Source: an uncultured delta proteobacterium
GTDB taxonomy: Bacteria; Myxococcota_A; UBA9160; SMWR01
DNA: 64,000 bases
NCBI GenBank assembly: GCA_963832165.1
Contig: CAWHTE010000001.1
Span: forward strand, 256,001-320,000
Reading direction: 5' to 3'
A program made the translations under genes and the position numbers. Below are positions 63,935-64,000 of the stretch, piece by piece; positions within the stretch are counted from its first letter, which is position 1, and every line of letters begins with the position of its first letter. Under the pieces are notes generated by a model that did no database searches, was not told the origin of the DNA, and saw nothing but the letters and a program-made list of their open reading frames with translations.

Positions 63935-64000
63935 CTAACTTCGTGCGTGCCAGCGCCGGAACACGAGACATGCGTTCACGTCACCGAAGCCGAAGCCGGC
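63935..64000 (-). CDS. C-terminus of a beta-ketoacyl-ACP synthase (FabF-like), partial
   Basis: Minus strand reads AGFGFGDVNACLVFRRWHARS*, matching the KS C-terminal FGFGxxN motif. Confidence 0.75.
   Translation of the reverse strand, partial: AGFGFGDVNACLVFRRWHARS

Overview
Very GC-rich DNA from a diderm bacterium, most like Myxococcota/Deltaproteobacteria. This is inferred from lolA, lgt, an exosortase, a TIGR02266-like PilZ protein and the pgpA-cinA-thpR-recA-pilT-alaS order. Most of the window is core chromosome (ispG, alaS, recA, ruvX, mltG, mreB, ftsK, ssb, radC, moaC, ETF-QO, sppA, nrdJ). Several genes are split by single-base frameshifts, most likely long-read assembly errors. Four things stand out. 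(1) A candidate exosortase-anchored cohesin-dockerin surface-display locus at 50.2-55.1 kb: an exosortase-EpsI fusion, an IHF + sigma54 promoter, a secreted stand-alone dockerin-like protein, a PEP-CTERM protein whose only domain looks cohesin-like, and an FN3/FG-GAP protein with a C-terminal dockerin. (2) A complete actinobacterial-order Pup-proteasome operon (arc-dop-pup-prcB-prcA-pafA) behind a near-consensus sigma54 promoter, with an N-terminally extended Pup ending GGE and an extra membrane coiled-coil gene. (3) A single-chain, eukaryote-like acyl-CoA carboxylase in a KS-ACP-acyltransferase operon. (4) A long, structured nrdJ leader preceded by tandem NrdR boxes. I saw no rRNA, tRNA, CRISPR array or mobile element. 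All calls are by eye; no database searches were run.
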